Below the pieces are notes generated by a model. That model was given only the letters and a program-made list of their open reading frames with translations. It was not told the DNA's origin and searched no databases. From the NCBI GenBank assembly GCA_965140785.1, contig OZ223511.1:17680-81679 (forward strand): 64,000 nucleotides of DNA, in the 5' to 3' direction. Source of the stretch: an uncultured Ruficoccus sp. (GTDB taxonomy: Bacteria > Verrucomicrobiota > Verrucomicrobiia > Opitutales > Cerasicoccaceae). Position numbers and translations under genes: made by a program. Shown here in pieces: positions 60,114 to 64,000 of the stretch (within the stretch, counting starts at the first letter, position 1; each line of letters opens with the position of its first letter).

Positions 60114-62065
60114 ATGCTACAGGTTTCACAGCTCAGCAAGGCTTTCGGGGGGCAGGTTCTCTTCGAGGACGTGACTTTCCGCCTCAACCGTGAGCACCGG
60201 GTGGCGCTCGTGGGCGCCAACGGCGCGGGCAAGACGACGCTCTTTTCTATCATCCTGGGCGAGACCGATCCGGACGGCGGGTTTGGTCGATATCGAGCGT
60301 GGGGCGCGTATCGGCTACCTGCCACAGGAAACCGCGCCCGAGGGCGACCAGACTGTGATCGAGATCGCGGCCGGGGTTACCCCTGAGCATGCCCGAATAC
60401 GCAAAATTATCGGTGACTGTGAACGCGCCGGCGACACGACCTCTCAGGCTTATTGGCGACGCCGTCGCCCGCTATACCGAGCTGGGGGGCTATCAGACCG
60501 AGCCCAAGGCCAAGCGTATCCTCGCCGGACTTTCGTTTCGTGAAAGTGACTACGACCGTCCCGCTCGCGTGCTTAGCGGCGGCTGGGTGATGCGTGCGCA
60601 TCTGGCGCGTCTGCTCACCGCCGAGCCGGACTTGCTCATGCTGGACGAGCCGACCAACCACCTCGACCTCGAGTCATTGGGCTGGTTTCAGAACTATTTA
60701 AAAAGCTATCCGGGGGCGATTTTCCTCATCTCGCACGACCGGGCCTTTCTCAACGAACTGGTCGATCACGTGCTGGAGATCCGCCATCACCGAGTGCACA
60801 GCTACCGGGGCAACTACGATGACTACGTCGAGGAGTCCCGCCGCCCGCGACGCTCAGCACATGGCGGCGTACAAGAACCAGCAGGGCAAGATCGCTCAGC
60901 TCGAGCGCTTCATCGAGCGCTTTGGGGCTAAGGCCACCAAGGCCACGCAGGCCAAGTCCAAGCAGAAGCAGATCAACCGTATGGACTTGATTGAGGCCCC
61001 GCTGGAGCAGTCCAAAAAGCTCAAAGTCAAGTTCCCCGAGCCGCCGCCCAGTGGCCAGACCGTGATCAAGCTGGAGGACGTGCACTTCGCCTACGGGGAG
61101 CACCGGGTGTACCGGGGGATCGATTTTGAGGCGCAGCGCGGCGAACGTATCGTGTTGGTGGGGCCCAATGGCGCGGGTAAGTCCACGCTGCTCAAGCTCC
61201 TGGCCGGGGCGCTTAGCCCGCAGGCCGGAGAGCTTACGCTCGGCCACAATGCCAAGCCCGGCTACTTCTCGCAGAGCCGTCTCGATGTGCTCGATGCCAC
61301 CAACACCGTGCTCGAAGAGGTGCAGAGCATCAACCGTGCAATCAACGAGACGACCGCCCGCACGGTGCTTGGCTCGTTTTTGTTCACCGGTGATGCGGTC
61401 TTTAAGAAAGTGGCCGTCCTCTCCGGCGGAAGAGAAGTCCCGCCTGGCCCTGATCAAGCTCCTGCTCGATCCGCCGAACCTGCTGCTCATGGACGAGCCG
61501 ACCACGCACCTGGATATTACCAGCATCGACGCGCTCATTGCCGCGCTTCAGGACTACCCCGGGACGCTCATTTTTATCAGCCACGATGTGTACTTCATCC
61601 GTAAAATCGCCCAGAGTGTCTTGCATATCAGTGCGGGAGAGCTCACCCCGTTTGCGGGTGATTACGACTACTACCTGTACAAGTCGCAGTCCGCTGACGA
61701 GCGCGCGGCCCTTACCGCGGGTACACACCTGACCAATCAGCGCCCCGACGAGGAGACCAAAACGGTCCCCCGCGCTGCTGCGGCGGATACCGGGTTCAAG
61801 TCCAAGGAGCAGAAGCGGGCTGAGGCCAAAGCCCGGCAGGAGCGGGCGAAGATCCGCGCCGAGGTGGACCTGCTGGAAGAGCAGATCTGCGCTCTTGAGG
61901 ACAAGCAGCGCGACCTTACGGCCCCAGCTCGAGGACCCGACACTGTACGAAGGGGAGAGTGGTCAGGTCATGCAGCTCAACCGCGACCTGCTCGCCATCA
62001 ACGAGAAGCTTGACGCGCTCAATGAGCAGTGGATGGCTGCTGCCGAAAAGCTGGAAGAAGATTGA
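60114..62065 (+). CDS. ABC-F family ribosome-associated ATPase, at least five frameshifts
   Basis: Two Walker A motifs (GANGAGKTT, GPNGAGKST), LSGG signatures, DEPTNHLD/DEPTTHLD, ISHD, C-terminal coiled coil; no TM domain. Confidence 0.9.
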
Positions 62066-62502
62066 GCGGCCCGTGTGCTGCCGGGGGAGGAGGCGAGCCG
62101 CCCGAAAACCACGCGGCTATCAACGCTTTTTCTTAAGAAGCACCCCATCTCCGCCTATCTGCCTGCCGGGCTGATAGCGCGCAAGAACATGCCCTTTTGG
62201 TCGTACCGGACCTTTTCGCAATCAGTCCGCCAAATGTGTGCTGGACCGTGGAGCCTGTTGGCTGCCCCAGTTTGGTTGGATACCACTGCGTCTATGGCAA
62301 GGGGTGACCCTTTGCTCGGATGCGGTTTCACGCCCTTTCCTCGACGCCGCCACGATTTCTTTCTCCGATGAACTCTGGGCGATTGGTTCTTTCATTACTG
62401 GCTCTGCACGAATGCTTTGAGGTGGAATTTACCAATAACCGTAGGAAAAAACTTGCCTGTGGGCGAGACTTTGCCATTTTCGTCTCTTTCCCGGTTTATT
62501 GA

Positions 62503-62579
<77 letters not shown>

Positions 62580-62607
62580 TTTGAGATAAATCGCAAACCA
62601 GCGTCCC

Positions 62608-62808
62608 TTCTCCGCCCGAACGGAGGCGGATTCGGAAAAGCGCTTATTGCTCATCTCAATGTTCTATTCTTCAAGGGGTTGTGGAATATCTGGTACGAGC
62701 AAGCTTTGCGCAGACCCGTCGCAACGATTCTCCGATATACTTGCGTAAACTCGGCTCCTCTCTCGAATCCGGCCAGAATTCTCCGTTTCGCTCTCCGTTT
62801 TCTCCGCC
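62608..62808 (+). repeat. Cluster of TCTCCG direct repeats downstream of the tRNA (possible integrase arm-type sites)
   Basis: TCTCCG at 62609, 62729, 62780, 62792 and 62801. Confidence 0.45.
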
Positions 62809-62969
62809 TTTCGTCCCGAACAAAAATCTGATAGCTCATCGAAGGGGATCAAATTTGCAAACCCGCACCAACTTCATCCCCTATCGCTGATACGTACCAG
62901 ATCAATCGGTGACCGATGGATATCTTCGGGCTCGACTCTGCCAGACACCTTGCCCGCTGTGTGCGTGCG

Positions 62970-63183
62970 ATGGATAACGGAGAGGAGAAGCTCGAGGCAA
63001 TTCGACAGAGGATAGATGTCGAGGTCATCAAGGTTTTAACATGGGCTGCCATGTTCGAAGCCATGGATCAGGAAACGGCAACTCTGGTGGAAATCCCCAG
63101 CTATGCCCTCGGCGAAGCCGGTCGGTCAATCCGCCAAAGCTGCACTTGCTATTCAGGAGCACTTGGACGAACTCAACTCCTGA
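62970..63183 (+). CDS. Small helical hypothetical protein (~70 aa after removing one inserted A)
   Basis: MDNGEEKLEAIRQRIDVEVIKVLTWAAMFEAM...RQAALAIQEHLDELNS-stop. Confidence 0.4.
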
Positions 63184-63487
63184 CCTTATATTTTTCTCGT
63201 GCTCCGAGAGAAGATTTATGGGCCAGCCACCGAAATCGTATCGCAAGCAGCAAGAAACCGATAATCGCTGTTACTTGAAAAAACAGGGTTTCAATAAACA
63301 CAGCAAAACTGAGTACCATAGGTACTAATGGACTTCGCAGGATGGGTTCAATCCTATTGGGCCCGAAATTGCTGCGTTCATCAAACCACAGGTACCAGCA
63401 ATATATTATGTAGCCAACGATTACCGTTGCTTTGACAAGCAGACTTTCGGGTAGGAAAAGCGCTATTTGGAAAATGAGCGCCACTTT
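63173..63487 (-). pseudogene. Lower-GC membrane-protein fragment, probably 5'-truncated by the adjacent IS
   Basis: Hydrophobic 103-aa ORF whose start abuts the predicted IS end at 63488. Confidence 0.4.
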
Positions 63488-64000
63488 GGGTGAGTTCGAT
63501 CAACCGGAGTGATTTCACCATTTCTGGTTCTTGATGTAAAACGGGGGTCTTTTTCGGCGATTTGTGTCTGCTTTGTCTATTTTGAAGGGCCGCTTGTCCT
63601 GCTTTCGGGGCGTATTGGCCCCTTTGGGCAGGCTCAGGCCCGGCAATGGAACATGGCATAGCGATCGAGGTTGTAGGTGAGATTGGTGAGGGCGGTTTCG
63701 AAGCGGGCGCGCCGGATGCCGACGCGGCTGAAGGTATCGCCGCCGAACTGGGCGATGCGCCCGAAGGCGTGTTCGACGCGCGAGCGGATGCGGCTCTTTT
63801 CTTTGTTGTCGCGTTTTTGCTGACGGCCCAACGGGTGGTTGGCGGACCCCTTTTCGCAGGTAAAGCTGAGCATGCCCAGCGCGGCCAGGATCCCGGCGAT
63901 GCCGTGGGCCGACATAAGCGCTGTCAGCCCACAGCCCAGCCCCGCTATCGCGTTCGTCGAGCAGTTCTCCCACGGCTTGCGAGTCATGCACGGCGGCATA
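63488..64000 (-). mobile_element. IS5-family insertion sequence, 3' end (transposase C-terminus 63634..64000, frameshifted)
   Basis: LWADSAY and KSRIRSRVEHAFG...TNLTYNL DDE motifs; candidate terminal repeat GGGTGAGTTCGATCAACC at 63488. Confidence 0.8.

Noticed and set aside
51278..62065. Programmed frameshifting or genuine pseudogene cluster
   Set aside because: Too many breaks, nearly all single-base insertions in unrelated genes with intact catalytic motifs and no nonsense decay; a sequencing artefact is more parsimonious.

Overview
High-GC bacterial chromosome segment. Gene content (PEP-CTERM proteins, alternative complex III followed by cbb3 genes, RNase E/G plus RNase Y, hopanoid genes) suggests Verrucomicrobiota/Opitutia; this is inference, not a database result. 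The centrepiece (9.6-24.1 kb) is one co-oriented respiratory cluster: a Cu-type P1B ATPase, a 61-aa Tat-like ORF, actABCDEF plus an actG-like gene, ccoS, ccoN, ccoO (one frameshift) and a monoheme cytochrome c in the ccoP position. Flanking genes are gspE/gspF, rsmA, an Na/Pi transporter, trpC, mazG, an Fpg/Nei glycosylase, namZ, glycerate kinase, rng, rodA, rny, an FAD/Fe-S oxidoreductase, xylA/xylR, an octaheme-HEAT-TPR cytochrome, carA, a KamA-like gene, hpnH, hpnC, two PEP-CTERM genes, a Gre-like factor and an ABC-F gene. From about 50.8 kb onward nearly every gene carries small (mostly +1) insertions, mainly in homopolymers. This most likely reflects unpolished long-read sequence, and it hides several real genes from the ORF track. 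The window ends with tRNA-Pro(CGG), an att-like repeat cluster, lower-GC ORFs and the end of an IS5-family element. Intergenic spaces hold several families of short palindromic or tandem repeats and a candidate structured small RNA with repeated CCAACG loops. No CRISPR array or rRNA was seen.
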